NCBI GenBank assembly: GCA_010093705.1
Contig: MU006109.1
Location: forward strand, 1-64,000
Direction: 5' to 3'
Length of the DNA stretch: 64,000 nucleotides
DNA from: Patellaria atrata CBS 101060
Lineage: Eukaryota
Position numbers and translations under genes: made by a program. The notes below the pieces were generated by a model. It was not told where the DNA came from, did no database searches, and worked only from the letters and a program-made list of their open reading frames with translations. The stretch's first letter is position 1; each line of letters opens with the position of its first letter. Shown here piece by piece: positions 1-11,876 of this stretch.

Positions 1-740
1 TAGCATGGAATATGAATAAAAAGGGTATTAAATTGATCCATTAATATTGATAAGCCTAATGAAAAGGGAGTTACAACAAAGGAGAGGGAGAATAGAGAGA
101 GGGAGATATTCCATTTCTTCTATTCGGACTTTCTTCGCTTCTTCTCCTTCTTCTTCTTTTAATTGGTTGGAGGGATAGCGCCAGTAGGGACGCATAGATA
201 GAAAGTGACCCCATTAACATTCCTGACCAGCGATTTATATCGCAGGCTGCATTAAAGGAACTAGAAGCGATATAAAAAATCTAATTTGACCGGCTGATTG
301 CGTAAGGTTGATTTTACCTTTCTATCGAATTATATCTGCATTTACTTGAAGATTTACCCTTTACTGATTTGCAGCAAGTTTTTTAAATCAGTAATACCCC
401 TGCTCTTCAGGTGCGCACGGTCCACATTTAAATCAGTTATACATTTACTGATTTAAGCATTGCAGTTAGGTAGGTTTGGCAAAGTGATAGGATACGTATA
501 ACAAAAGGCACTTCAAGTTGACGATACAACTTGCTGACTCCTTGACTTCGGGTAACGCTCACAAAGAGACAAGACGTACTGTATGGAAACAGTGTAACAA
601 GTGAAGTCAAGTTCAAAACCGTAACATCCAAATCTATGGGTAAGATTGATGGTAAGAATAACTACGAAGAATCTAAATACATGAGGGAAAGACCGTCCTT
701 AAATATTCCTATTCTCCATAGTCAATTTGGTTGCCTATAC

Positions 741-1240
741 TCTGGTCGTTCTGGTCGTTGGTCGTTCTACGCGACCAGCACGACCGGCGACCACTGTCTG
801 GTCGTTTTGGTCGTTGGTCGTTCTCTGCGACCAGTACGACCAACGACCAACGTCTGGGTCACGTGATTCTCTATCACTCGTTTCATCCGCAGTTCTCCCG
901 AGTGGTGTTCCTTTCTTCCCCTCACTCTGTGACGACGTGTCACGATGCTGATCCCGTATTTCCTATGCTGAGTGTTTGGTTTATTTGCAAGAGATCTTTG
1001 CCGGGTCGGACGCGGAAAAGATCTCTAAGCGCTGATTGGTTAAACGGAAGATAGTCGGGCCGAGGCTTGGCAAGGCGGGACTGTTATATGCGGACATTCG
1101 GCCCACGATATTATTGTTCCTTAACTTAATCTCCACACTTAGTAGTTAGTAATAGAGATAGTCAAAATACGATTACTACAGCTATACTACATTGTCACAC
1201 ACTCGTCGTCTGCACGTTCCTACAACTTGTGGCCGTAACA
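741..1240. repeat. LTR-like repeat, copy 1 (interrupted by the solo LTR); paralog at about 2660-2840
   Basis: Both copies share GGTCGTT arrays, GTCACGTGA, CCGCAGTTC.CCCGAGTGGT and an end in GTTCCTACAACTT.TGGCCGTAACA (1240 and 2840). The left boundary is uncertain. Confidence 0.65.
928..1199. mobile_element. Solo LTR (272 bp) with 5-bp target-site duplication
   Basis: Begins TGTGAC (928) and ends GTCACA (1199), i.e. TG...CA with 6-bp terminal inverted repeats. Flanked by CACTC at 923-927 and 1200-1204. The empty site is visible in the paralogous copy near 2790-2840. Confidence 0.85.
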
Positions 1241-1760
1241 CTTTCCTAGCTTACCGGCTCCTATAAACTTTTAGTAGTATATACTTTAAATCTATAACTT
1301 TTCTCTATCTAGCTATAGACCGTTAGCTAGTCGTCCTCTATATTTACTAATCTATCTATATTCCTTATAATAGTGGCTTTTTATATTTCTTATATCCCTA
1401 TTAATATATCCGCACTTCTTTAGTCCCTCTATTATTACTTTTACTATATATCTAAGCTTATTCTTATAGATTGCTAATTCTAGAATCGGATTTAAACTTA
1501 ATACTAGCTAGATCACCTAATCTTCTATTATCGTAAATTCTTTAATACCGGCTGTAAATTAGACTATCTCTCTCCTACTTTTTACGGTTAAGTGCGTATA
1601 CCTTACTACTAGATATATACTACACTACGTTAGTAAATAGCTAATCCGACACTCTTTATAGATTATAATACCGTATCTTAATATATAGTCGAAAAGCTAG
1701 TTAAACTAATCTATAATAATAATAACTCTAACTAATTTTCTTATTAACTACTCCGTAAAG

Positions 1761-2469
1761 GTATAATCGCTAGGAGAGAATACTTCTAGAGAGGCTTACT
1801 CTCTCCTTAGATTAGGAGATAGAGGCCCTTAGTAGTGTGTATAGATGGAAATTTGCCTTATCTAAAGAATTCTAACCTAATATATTAATATAATAGTCTA
1901 GTATTAAAAAACTAGTTAATAAACGAATCTAACTTTATTAAAATATTTATCTAAGTTAATTATACCCTTCTATCGATTTATATCGTAATATATCTAAAGA
2001 TTTTAACCTTAAAACACTTTTAAAAGTAAGAAAGTGTTTTAAGCCCCCGGTTTTCAGAATCTTAGCGCTAAAAAAAAGTGTTTTAGACCTTAAAACACTT
2101 AAGTATTATAGTTAGATATAATCGCTAGGAGAGAATACTTTTAGAGAGGCTTACTCTTCCCTTAGACTAGAAGATAGAGGCCCTTAATAGTGCGTATAGA
2201 TAGAAATTTACCTTATCTAAAGAATTCTAACCTAATATATTAATATAATAGTCTAGTATTAAAAAACTAACTAATAAATAAATCTAATTTTATTAGAATA
2301 TTTATTTAGGTTAATTATACCCTTTTATTAGTTTATATCGTAATATATCTAAAGATTTTAACCTTAAAACACTTTTAAAAGTAAGAAAGTATTTTAAGCC
2401 CCCAGTTTTTAGAATTTTAACGCTAAAAAAAAGTGTTTTAGACCTTAAAATATTTAAGTATTATAATTA
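1761..2469. repeat. Tandem duplication, ~355-bp period (1761-2115 / 2116-2469), RIP-mutated
   Basis: The copies align along their length. The differences inspected are C/T and G/A transitions (e.g. tacttctaga vs tacttttaga; agatggaaatttgcc vs agatagaaatttacc). Confidence 0.9.
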
Positions 2470-3416
2470 AAGAATAGATAAAATATTATAGATCTATATT
2501 CTCGTTAGAGATTTATTTTAATACGGTTTAATATACTATCTTAAGTTACCGTTTTATACTATTGTTTTCACCACTATTTTGAATTAGTAAATATCCATTT
2601 ACCCGGTAGCGAGCCTCACCATCTAATAATACATCTAAACGTTTAAGTCACGTGGTACCTTTTGGTCGTTCTAGTCGTTCGGTCGTTTGGTCATTTCTCT
2701 CACGACCGAAACGTCCGCGCGTCCAAACATCCAAGTCACGTGACTCGTTGTTACTCGTTTCACCCGCAGTTCCCCCGAGTGGTCTTCCTTCCTTCCCCTC
2801 ACTCGTTGTCTACATGTTCCTACAACTTATGGCCGTAACATATAATGGAATTAAAAAAAAAAAAAATTAATATTAATAAATTAAGCTATTAGAGACTTTA
2901 TTAAGTATATAAGGGCCCTGAAAAGGGATTTATATATATAGGAAGTTACGCTATAGCTTAAAGGCTACATGCGTAATATTGTAGGTAATACAATATAATG
3001 GAATTAAAAAAAAAAAAAAACCACTATTTTAAACTAGTAAGTATCCATTTACCCGGTAGCGAGCCTCACCATCTAACACTATCACTAGGCCTTCCATCTC
3101 ATCACTTTGGTCATCAATTGCTCCACCATCTTGAGGCTGCATTGTCTACAGCAATCAGAAATGGTTTTGCGACGACTTCTTGATTTGAATGATATGCATT
3201 TCAACTGTAAGGCAAATGATAAGATTTCTTTAAAGAAATCCTAGCACTATTTTTTAGTTCTTACTGTTGGTACTATTTTCGTTATTTTCTAAGATATAGA
3301 TTTCATACTGTTCCGTCCTTTTTGGTACACACCTGCAGTATATAACAACTAGATAGAACCACTCTTTAAGAATCAAGAATGCATCTTTTCAGGTACCGCA
3401 GCAATCCGACAACCCC

Positions 3417-4813
3417 CTAAGTCCGATGGCGGCGGCACTCTTCGCACGCTCTAATATGACAACGACGACATTGTAGTATATACTTCCAATGATGGGCGTA
3501 ACATATTTCACATCTAAAACCTCTCCGTGGCGCATCAAAGATACGTTCAAATCGTCCAGGATGATTACACTCATGAGTCTCAAGAATTTCTTGTCTCATT
3601 GCCTCAACTGTACGATTTCGTTCGTGGACGGGTAATGGTTGGTGAGCCTCGCGTTGAACTAATTCATCCACACGTTCCATCAGGTTTTGCTCATCCCATC
3701 TGTCGCAAGTGCAGTTCTTCCACTCTACGCCGCAGTGATAGCAGAATTCCGCTTTGCATAAGCAACTGGTAGAAGATTAGCGACAAACGATACAACGGTT
3801 GGAAATGAGTCATACGTCATGTGGTAACAGCCGCGGTCGAGAGAGACGAGCATCCGACATTGATAGCAACGCTGCCATCCTAAATCCCTACCAAGCTGAA
3901 GCGTGGCCTGAGTGAAAACATCATCGGGACATTCACCATCGTGAACCTGTCCTTTACACTGGATACACGTTTGTGTATAGCAATGCTGGCATTCTGCAAT
4001 CTCAACTTTATACTGTTCTGGGAGAATGAATTTCCCGCATTGGTTGTTGCTGCAATAAGTCCTGTTCCCTGAAGTAAACTCAATCTTGGCTGATGTAAAC
4101 GTTTCTTTCTCTTCATCCGACATCGATCCCTCTATCGCGTCTATAGAGATTGTTTCTTTGCAGCATCTAGGCGGAAATAGGGATTGATCTTTCGTCGACC
4201 TCATGAATAGGTCTTTCAGACAGTTTCGACAATATATATGGCCACACTGAAGACGAATGATTTCCGCGAACGGATAATCTGAAACGCAGACAACACATTG
4301 ATGCGTGGTTTGGAATTTCTGTGCTTGGCGCCTTAAGTAAGGGACGGAAGGTCCTGGATTGTTTTCCTCATCATCAGACAGATCGTAACCCACGGGAAGA
4401 AAATTAGCTCCTTCGATATGACGACCGAAGGGGTATCTAGGCACATCTGCAACATATACGGGAGGTGAGTCGATTTCCTCTTGGAACTTATCGAATTGAA
4501 GCGCAAAATGCCTGTCTTGCTGAGCTTGCGTTTCTTCGTGGATAGTGATTATCTTCCCGTCTGCATCCACGGCTGATGCAATGCTATGAGCCAATATATT
4601 ATCCTTTAGAACGCATATCTGACTCTGAATCTCGGCTTGGTATAGAGTACGAGCAACCTCGAAGTCCGAGGGATCGTCGATGGCACGTTTTCCCTTTGAT
4701 TTGTGAACACTGATTTCTACTTCCTGTAGCTCAAGAGTAAGGATAGTAATACAATCATGAAGAGATGCTGGATCTATAGGTTGAGATGTGGTGGTGGTCT
4801 CCATGCCGGCCAT
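3417..4813 (-). CDS. RBR (RING-IBR-RING) E3 ubiquitin ligase, 2 exons (4813-3816, 3765-3417)
   Basis: RING1 CVVC...CGHIYCRNC, IBR TYCSNNQC...CQHC...CIQCK, RING2 WQRCYQC...GCYHMT/CLCKAEFCYHCG. A 50-bp GT-AG intron with CTAAT branch site restores the frame. Confidence 0.9.
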
Positions 4814-5179
4814 TCTGGCGTTAAGGGTGAATCTTATTCAAGGTCGGGTCTCGATTCAAATCTCCAATTTGAAAAATGTATCGTGGTCGAAAAAACTGCG
4901 AATCGAGTTTAACTAAAAAGAGAGTTAATAATGTCATTCGGCATTATGGTTTACGTCGGTTGATGGTGTGTCTCCACTTTTTTTCCAACTCTTTTGCGGT
5001 ACCTTTGACCCTTTGATACTTTTTTTATTGATAATGGCAGCGTATTTGTGTGCGTTTTAAAGTCAGGATTTTACAAAGATTGCTCTAGTAATAACTGTGG
5101 AAGTAGTACTTGACTATATTTATATATTTAATGATAATATACGGTCGCAATAATTACCTAGAAAGCTAAAAAAGATAAC

Positions 5180-6787
5180 TTACGGAGTAAGATCTATAGG
5201 GTAACGTTTACTGATAATAAGCCGACAGTCACGATCAGGATGCGTTGGAGCAAAGACAATATGACATTTAGAAGGCATAACCAGCGGGTTTCCATATTCA
5301 TCCACATTTGTCGGTGAATATATGGCGTCCTTAGGTAGAGAGAATTCGTAGTCTTTCAGTAGGTTTGCTAGGATGGTCATCATTTCAGCCCATGCCAAGT
5401 TACGACCAATACAGCTCCGAGCGCCGTAGGAGAATGCGAAGAGGTTGCGCTTGGAAGCTTCGTTATTCAAAAATCGATCCGGAAGGAATTTCTCGGGCTT
5501 TTCCCAGGTATCTGCGCGGTAATTCATTGCTATGAGGTTGAAGGCAATATCCGTCTGCGGCGGAAGATAATGACCTTGCAGGGTGATACTCTTTGTAGAC
5601 GAAAATCTGGGCATGAATCCTGAAGTTATAGGGGAGTACCTGAGCATCTCATATAGGAATGACTCGAGGAACGGGAGACTACGGCGACATTCGGCAAACG
5701 TAACGAGGTGCTCGAGAGAAAATTGGCTGCGCACCTCATCCTGAGCCCGCTTCAAATATTCCGGATATAGCGTCAATAGGTGGAGAGACCAGGTGAGCGA
5801 GGCAGATGTTGTTTCACTGCCAGCTAGTTGCATTCCAACGCTCTCAGCTTGCACTTCGACTGATGACATCTTTATCTTTGACTCTGGGTCTTCAGCGTCT
5901 ATGAATGCTTGGAGCATGTCAGCTGGCTTTTCGACAAGGTCAGTGCCAACAAGTAAGTCCTTGCGCTTAGCCACTGAGTCTCGACTGTATCGGACAAACT
6001 CATCGTATAAACGGATCCAGCGTCGAATCAACATGGAAAAGGGGAAAACTAGTAGCAAGTTAAAGTGGATCCGGACGCCAACATAGACAGCAGTGGCAGC
6101 TATCCAGTCGACGACTGTTAGGTCATTTGTAGCTAAGGAGCCACTTTCTTTACCAATTTCCCTTCCGAACGCGAGCGCACTCATTATGTCGAAGGTGGCC
6201 AGTTGAGTATCATGACGGTAATTGATTACGATAGGCTTATCACTATTCTGTTTTATCAACTTATCCCATTTCTCTTTGATCGCTAGGATGCCGTTACGAA
6301 GGATAAGTGGTTCCATTTTTGCGATGTAATTCAGGTTAAAATATGGATTGATCTGGCGGCGCCGACGGCTGGCAAGTGAAACGTCGTTGAAGGTAACAAT
6401 ATTGGCCATAACAGGGTCATTCAAACCATGGTAAACATCGATCTTCTGGAACTCGTGAGATCCTAGTACAGCTCGAACATCTTGAGGATGACTGATGCAG
6501 ACAGTATTAGGCTTAGATACGTAGATATCGCCATATGTGCGGTAGTCAGCCAGAGCAGCTGCAAAGACTCTTGCCGGAGTCCGATTAAATATTGCCCGGA
6601 GTGATGTTATACGCGCGAAAAATGGACCCCGAATGTGACGCAACGGCGAGAAGAAGTAAGCCTTAATGATTCGCCACAATAATATGAGCAAGAATATGTA
6701 CACTAAAAGTCGTGGATGTCCAATGTCGCGGACTTTTGTGTAGGCGTCGGCAAGACGGTCCAGCCAGTCGTTACTTATGATACCCAT
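5180..6787 (-). CDS. Cytochrome P450, CYP5081/HelB-like fusidane tailoring enzyme (intronless, 535 aa)
   Basis: N-terminal TM helix, I-helix AGSETT, EMLR, heme motif FSYGARSCIG. Shares [11 protein letters not shown] and C-terminal RDCRL with the two other intronless cluster P450s. Confidence 0.9.
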   Translation of the reverse strand: MGIISNDWLDRLADAYTKVRDIGHPRLLVYIFLLILLWRIIKAYFFSPLRHIRGPFFARITSLRAIFNRTPARVFAAALADYRTYGDIYVSKPNTVCISHPQDVRAVLGSHEFQKIDVYHGLNDPVMANIVTFNDVSLASRRRRQINPYFNLNYIAKMEPLILRNGILAIKEKWDKLIKQNSDKPIVINYRHDTQLATFDIMSALAFGREIGKESGSLATNDLTVVDWIAATAVYVGVRIHFNLLLVFPFSMLIRRWIRLYDEFVRYSRDSVAKRKDLLVGTDLVEKPADMLQAFIDAEDPESKIKMSSVEVQAESVGMQLAGSETTSASLTWSLHLLTLYPEYLKRAQDEVRSQFSLEHLVTFAECRRSLPFLESFLYEMLRYSPITSGFMPRFSSTKSITLQGHYLPPQTDIAFNLIAMNYRADTWEKPEKFLPDRFLNNEASKRNLFAFSYGARSCIGRNLAWAEMMTILANLLKDYEFSLPKDAIYSPTNVDEYGNPLVMPSKCHIVFAPTHPDRDCRLIISKRYPIDLTP

Positions 6788-7784
6788 CAGTGATTGTAGG
6801 TGGATTGTAGAGCAAAGGACGAAAACAAGCAGACCATATCTAGCAGTTAGGTCATAAAATCTAGTAGAACACGGTCGGTGAATATATAGCTCTGTCTAAA
6901 TTTCTACGACGAATACATATATTACCATATCTGTGCCGCGTCTAAAGCAAGTGGCATGGTTTCCTTTGCAGGAGATCGACACGATCAAGCTTATATTCGC
7001 CGCTGCAGCTAATATACCGCGAAAGTCCTTACCACCGACAGGAGGAAGTACTGTACAACCGGTTGTTGTGGGGCGTCGCCACCTGATGAAACGGCACGAA
7101 GTAACATTCTGTAGTCGGTGTAAGCTTGTACGGTCGTACAGTAGACGAGTACTGTAACAAGGGATCATCAACAGATAAGTGAAACCGTATTGTATATCAA
7201 GTTGACAACAGTGTGGGATGAGTTACGGTATGTTTGTCGCGTCCACTTGTTTCTAGTTTGTCAACGCTGGGAGCTCTATCTAATCTACCTAAGATCTCAT
7301 CTCCGGTGATTGACCGTTAACACGTAACTTCATCACCACCAGATCTCCGTTCTATAAAACACGCTCTGTAAGAGACCACCCTAATATTTCCTGGCTAACC
7401 TTGAGCTGTAGATTAGATGTCTCCTCTACTTTCTCCTTGCTCTCATCACTTCGCACATTGCGGCAGTGAAGAGCTCGATCGGCAATGGTTATGAATCTTT
7501 GGCCTTCTCAAACGGAACGTTGCATGTATAACGACAAATACTCGAGATGGTACCTCGTCGTGCGCGCACTTTGAAATGGGAACTCGAGATGGGCACCCAC
7601 CCAATGTTAGGAGTGCGTGTCAATCGTGTCGAAACAGACCTAAGAGGAATGGGATATGTCCGCAGAATATACAACAGGCATTTTTCTCACCAAAGCATGA
7701 TTTTGAAAGGTAAGTACCGTTTGAAGGCTCGATTAATCATACTTTAGATTTGAAATAGGGGAGCCTTGGTCCTTTATTCTACGC

Positions 7785-9520
7785 CTACACTTTCCGTTCG
7801 CGCTTCTTGAATAACACCTTTCCTGTTGGGTCAGTGGAAATCCCTAATCCATTTATCCTATTCTCGGGCCTCAATCCCGATTCTATCTTGACGTGGTAAT
7901 GTAATAAGATGTGGGAGAGCAGAATCTTGATCTCGTTACCGGCAAAGAATCTTCCAGGGCAAGCGTGTACGCCGTGACCAAAACTTAGCGAGTCCGGACC
8001 TGTCATGGCGAATTGATGCTTGTTTTCGGAGCCGGGGACTGCGCGCAGCTTTGCAAAGCGGAAACCGTCGAACGTTTCTGGATCATTCCAAAGTGTGCCA
8101 TCTCGCGTGACGCCCCAGGAGGGAACTGCGATGGAAGTGCCTTTTGGAAGGACGGTACCATCTGACAATGTGATATGAGACATTACTAGGCGCCTCATAG
8201 CGACTGTTTGGTAGGACTATTAGTACTGTCTCCGAAGCGAGTTATTGGGTTGTCAAACCTAGCCCTGGGGGACTCAGCCTCTGGGATTCCTTAATAAAGC
8301 TGTCGAGTTTTCGTAATTTTATCATTGATACTTTGGTCATTTTCTCTCCTGTCTCCGCTAGGACGCTCTCGATCTCTTCACACAGTGGCTCAAGATACTC
8401 TGGGTGTGCACACAGGTCGTAGAGGCAATGACACACCTTCACCATCTTATTGTTAGCCAAATATCGCACTCTGTAAGACATAATTTCTTAGCTCTTGTTG
8501 ACAGCGGTTCACATACAGTCGTACTCGTGGTATCTGAATTTCATTTAGCTTGCATTTGATTAAACAGTCACTGATTGGAGTAAATTTACGAATTGCAGCC
8601 ATGCTCAGAGTCAACTGAATATCAGCTTGCCTATCTACTGAGCTTTCTCGTGTTCCTGTCGCGTTCTCTAAGGCCCATTGAATCATATCATCTGGCCGCT
8701 TAAAGTTTGGGTCTTTCATATCCTTCACGCGTCGCTGTATGATTGGCGTCAAAAGACGCACTGCCTCAGCCCTGTGCCTTTTTATCGCTCGGGTTTCTGG
8801 GCTAAACGGAACAACAAAGGGCCGTTTCCACGCTGGGATCGATGCAAACTTCTGAGAGGCCATGAAGCTTACAATGGTGAAATTGATCGAGATTCTGATC
8901 CAATCTTCATTGCGATTCAGCGGCAAGCCAACAAACACACGACCTGATATCAATGCCACTATACGAAGAAGAGCAGGATAGAGGTAAACTGGAGTCCATT
9001 CCTCGCAGGCGCCGATGTTGCGATCAGCTGCAAATTCCATCTCATCCTGCAGTGCCTCTAGAGTTTTGCTAATGTAACGCGTTAGATCCACTTTCACGGT
9101 ACTGACCATGGTTTTACTATTATGGCCGATGCCAGTGTAACGGCCTTGAAAGAGATTGCGAATCTCCTGCTTGCTGCTCAGTTGCCATTCTGGCAGAGAT
9201 TTGATTTCATTGATGAACTTGAGCGGGATCAGGGTAAGGAGACGACCTTGGACTTGAAGCTGAAAAGGCTGATCGGGATACTGTGTTTACTTAGCGGCGG
9301 TTTACCTAATACATTGAAGAACTTTGAGTACCTTTTCGTACCCAGCCTTGACCACAGGTCGAAAGTCTGAAGACCCTTCGGGAAGAGTCATAATGGGTAG
9401 ATCCAGCAGCTTCTTTTGCCATGGAATGAAGCTTTTTCCAAGATAAAGAACAACCAGGATTGAGAATACAACCAAGATTACTGGAGAGGACATAAATGGA
9501 AAAAACATGACCCTATCCAT
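7785..9520 (-). CDS. Cytochrome P450 of a different clan (CYP68/CYP512/ent-kaurene-oxidase-like), 5 exons: 9520-9332, 9280-8590, 8533-8517, 8436-8259, 8203-7785 (~497 aa)
   Basis: Manual splicing at GT-AG sites gives an open 1494-nt CDS. It has I-helix MAAIHTTS, KLDSFIKESQR, PETFDGFRF and heme motif FGHGVHACPGRFFA. Confidence 0.88.
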
Positions 9521-10309
9521 AATTTTGATATTCTTTATAGAGATCTTGGTGATAAATTTCGAAATTGATGTCGAAGAAGAGAGCAATTTGAACCCGTCTT
9601 TACTATCTTACAACTTACAAGACAAAAATATAAGTTAACTTTTCTACTCGGAACATACCTAGACGAGGTGCAAACGGTAAATACATTCATATAGTGGAAG
9701 GGGAGAGCTGATTTCTATATGCGGTAGGTTACATTTTGTTGCAGAATATTCCATTCGCCAATGCAAGAGGGACAGGGTCCCCTGGGGATGATTACGTCGG
9801 ACGGCCCTAGTTTAGAATTTCCTCCTTTCCGGAAAGCAAAAGCTCTCTAATTGCTTAGCTCTCTATCCACTTATACTTTGTGCAGGTAAGAGTTCATAAT
9901 TGACGATCTATCTCCATCAGCGGGACAAATTTGTGTACAGAGCTAGCCGAGAATTTTAAGTTACTTGCAGGGCTCATGTTAATGTTGAGGTCGTCCATTA
10001 CCCTTGAACAAACTTTTTTCGGAGCATAAATTAACAAATCAGAATTCTCGCCGTCTCCACTGTGGGCTACTGTCGAAATGCTTGAACGATGCTTGAAAGA
10101 CGGATAGATGGAGACCTTGTGGCGTGGAGTATTTGGATCGAAGCTACCGGGACGTAGATAACGGAAGCATTCAATGGAAATACGATATGAACTGTTATGA
10201 ACCGGGTAGATCTAAGCAAATTTGGCGTAAAAGCTTCTTCGGTTAAAGGTTGGAACCTATATCGAAACCGTGACCATTAGCAGCCTTCCCGCCAACAACT
10301 ACATCAAAA
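9521..10309. promoter_or_regulatory. Putative bidirectional promoter between the accessory P450 and the extended SDR
   Basis: Head-to-head genes about 790 bp apart. Confidence 0.5.
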
Positions 10310-11523
10310 ATGGTAGCAGCGAAGAATCAGATGTCTCAGCCAAGTAACAACGATGTTCTAGTAATTACAGGAATCAACGGTTACATAGCAAGTGTTCTCG
10401 GCTACGCACTCCTCAAGAAAGGATATCATATACGTGGTACCGTAAGAAGCTTGGAAAAGGCGAAACCGTTGCTTGAAGGAGTCTATGCCCCGTATAAAGA
10501 CCGCGTGCAGATCTATCAGGTGCCAGATATCACAGCAGATGGGGCCTTTGACGAGGTTGTAAAAGGTGAGAAGTGAATCCAGTATGGAAACTTACTGCTT
10601 GGAACAAGAAGTTTTGAGCATGTAGATTAACCATTGTTCTACCTATATGGAAGAGTTCTTGACTCACATAACATCTTGTAGGTGCCCATGGGATTTTTCA
10701 TATTGCTTCCCCTGTCGGTATGTCACTCAAAACGTATGACGAAGCCATCAAACCTGCAATTCGCGGCTCTACTGGTATCCTTTCCTCTACCTTAGCCCAC
10801 GCCGGTCCTCAGCTAAGGGCAGTCGTCGTAACCTCTTCGATCGCTTCCCTCTTTTCTGGCCGGCCAGGACCGGGAGAAATCATTACTGAAGCATCTCGAC
10901 CAAACCTCGACCTGTTAACTCTACGCGTTCGGCTCGAAGCGGGTGAGATCAAAGCACCAGTTTATGCCCTCTCAAAGATTGCCGCCGATGTCGCTGTCTG
11001 GAAGTGGTATGAAACGAAGAAGCCCCCATTTTCCTTATGCTCTATTCACCCGTCCTTGGTAATTGGGCCACCTGTAACTATCCCCTGCTCCGGTGACGCA
11101 CTCTGTGAGACGCTTCACCCACTGTGGGAGATATTTTCCGGAAAATCCTTGACGCGACTTCCGACTTTGGGTAGTGGCCTTTACGTCGACATCCGTGATG
11201 TGGTTGATATGCATTGCTTTGGATATGAGCATCCCGAAGTTGTTGATGGGCATAGGTTCATCGCTTCCGGTGGATTCGGACCGGCTCAAGCTATCGCGGA
11301 TATTTTGCACGCGGCGTATCCTATGCGAGAGGGAAAGATGCCGAAAGGGAAACCGGGGGAGGGTTATATTGGTTTTCAGGATGGAAAGGTAGGAAAGGTT
11401 CAACCGATAGAAGGTGCCGTAACAATCAGTAGCAAAAAAGCAGAGAAAATGATGGGAATTAATTGGGTTGACTTTAGGGATAGTGTAAGAGATACCGCCA
11501 AAGCTCTTGAAGTTCTCCTATAA
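10310..11523 (+). CDS. Extended SDR / NAD(P)-dependent epimerase-dehydratase (aldehyde reductase II/Gre2-like), 2 exons (10310-10565, 10682-11523; ~365 aa); candidate 3-ketoreductase
   Basis: TGINGYIA Rossmann motif, GIFHIASP after splicing, VVVTSS catalytic Ser, YALSK (YxxxK), YVDIRDV. Confidence 0.87.
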
Positions 11524-11876
11524 AACCTTTCCCTCTGCTAGCACAAGTGTTTTATTAATAGGAGTCACTTAGCATAGAGAGTTTCTTCGGTTACAAAAGA
11601 CAATTGGGTTCCAAGTTTGTGCATTATGTACAGTTCAAGTGTTCTACGACTTTGCCGCATTCGGACCATCCTTTCGTCTATTCTAGATCCCTTGAGTAGA
11701 CCTTCGCTGCCATCGAAAAACATGACTAAATCCAAGAAAGTATTTTAGAGATGAAGAACCAAATAAATGAGTTGAATATATATCACATGTCCAAGTATTT
11801 TCCATTGACATGGTATAGCTTCCATCGCATACATAAACAAGTTCTTCAGGGAAGTTGAAACCCCTTTAAGTGGTAT

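Larger units (their letters stand above)
1..3078. mobile_element. Nested, RIP-degraded transposon island
   Basis: Very AT-rich, TpA-rich sequence (especially 1240-2640) with no credible ORF. Contains internal duplications, LTR-like termini and poly-A tracts. Normal composition resumes after about 3080. Confidence 0.8.

Noticed and set aside
741..852. CRISPR-like array
   Set aside because: Eukaryotic context, only heptamer repeats, no unique spacers or cas genes.
3417..4813. RBR ligase as a cluster member
   Set aside because: No known biosynthetic role; adjacency is the only evidence.
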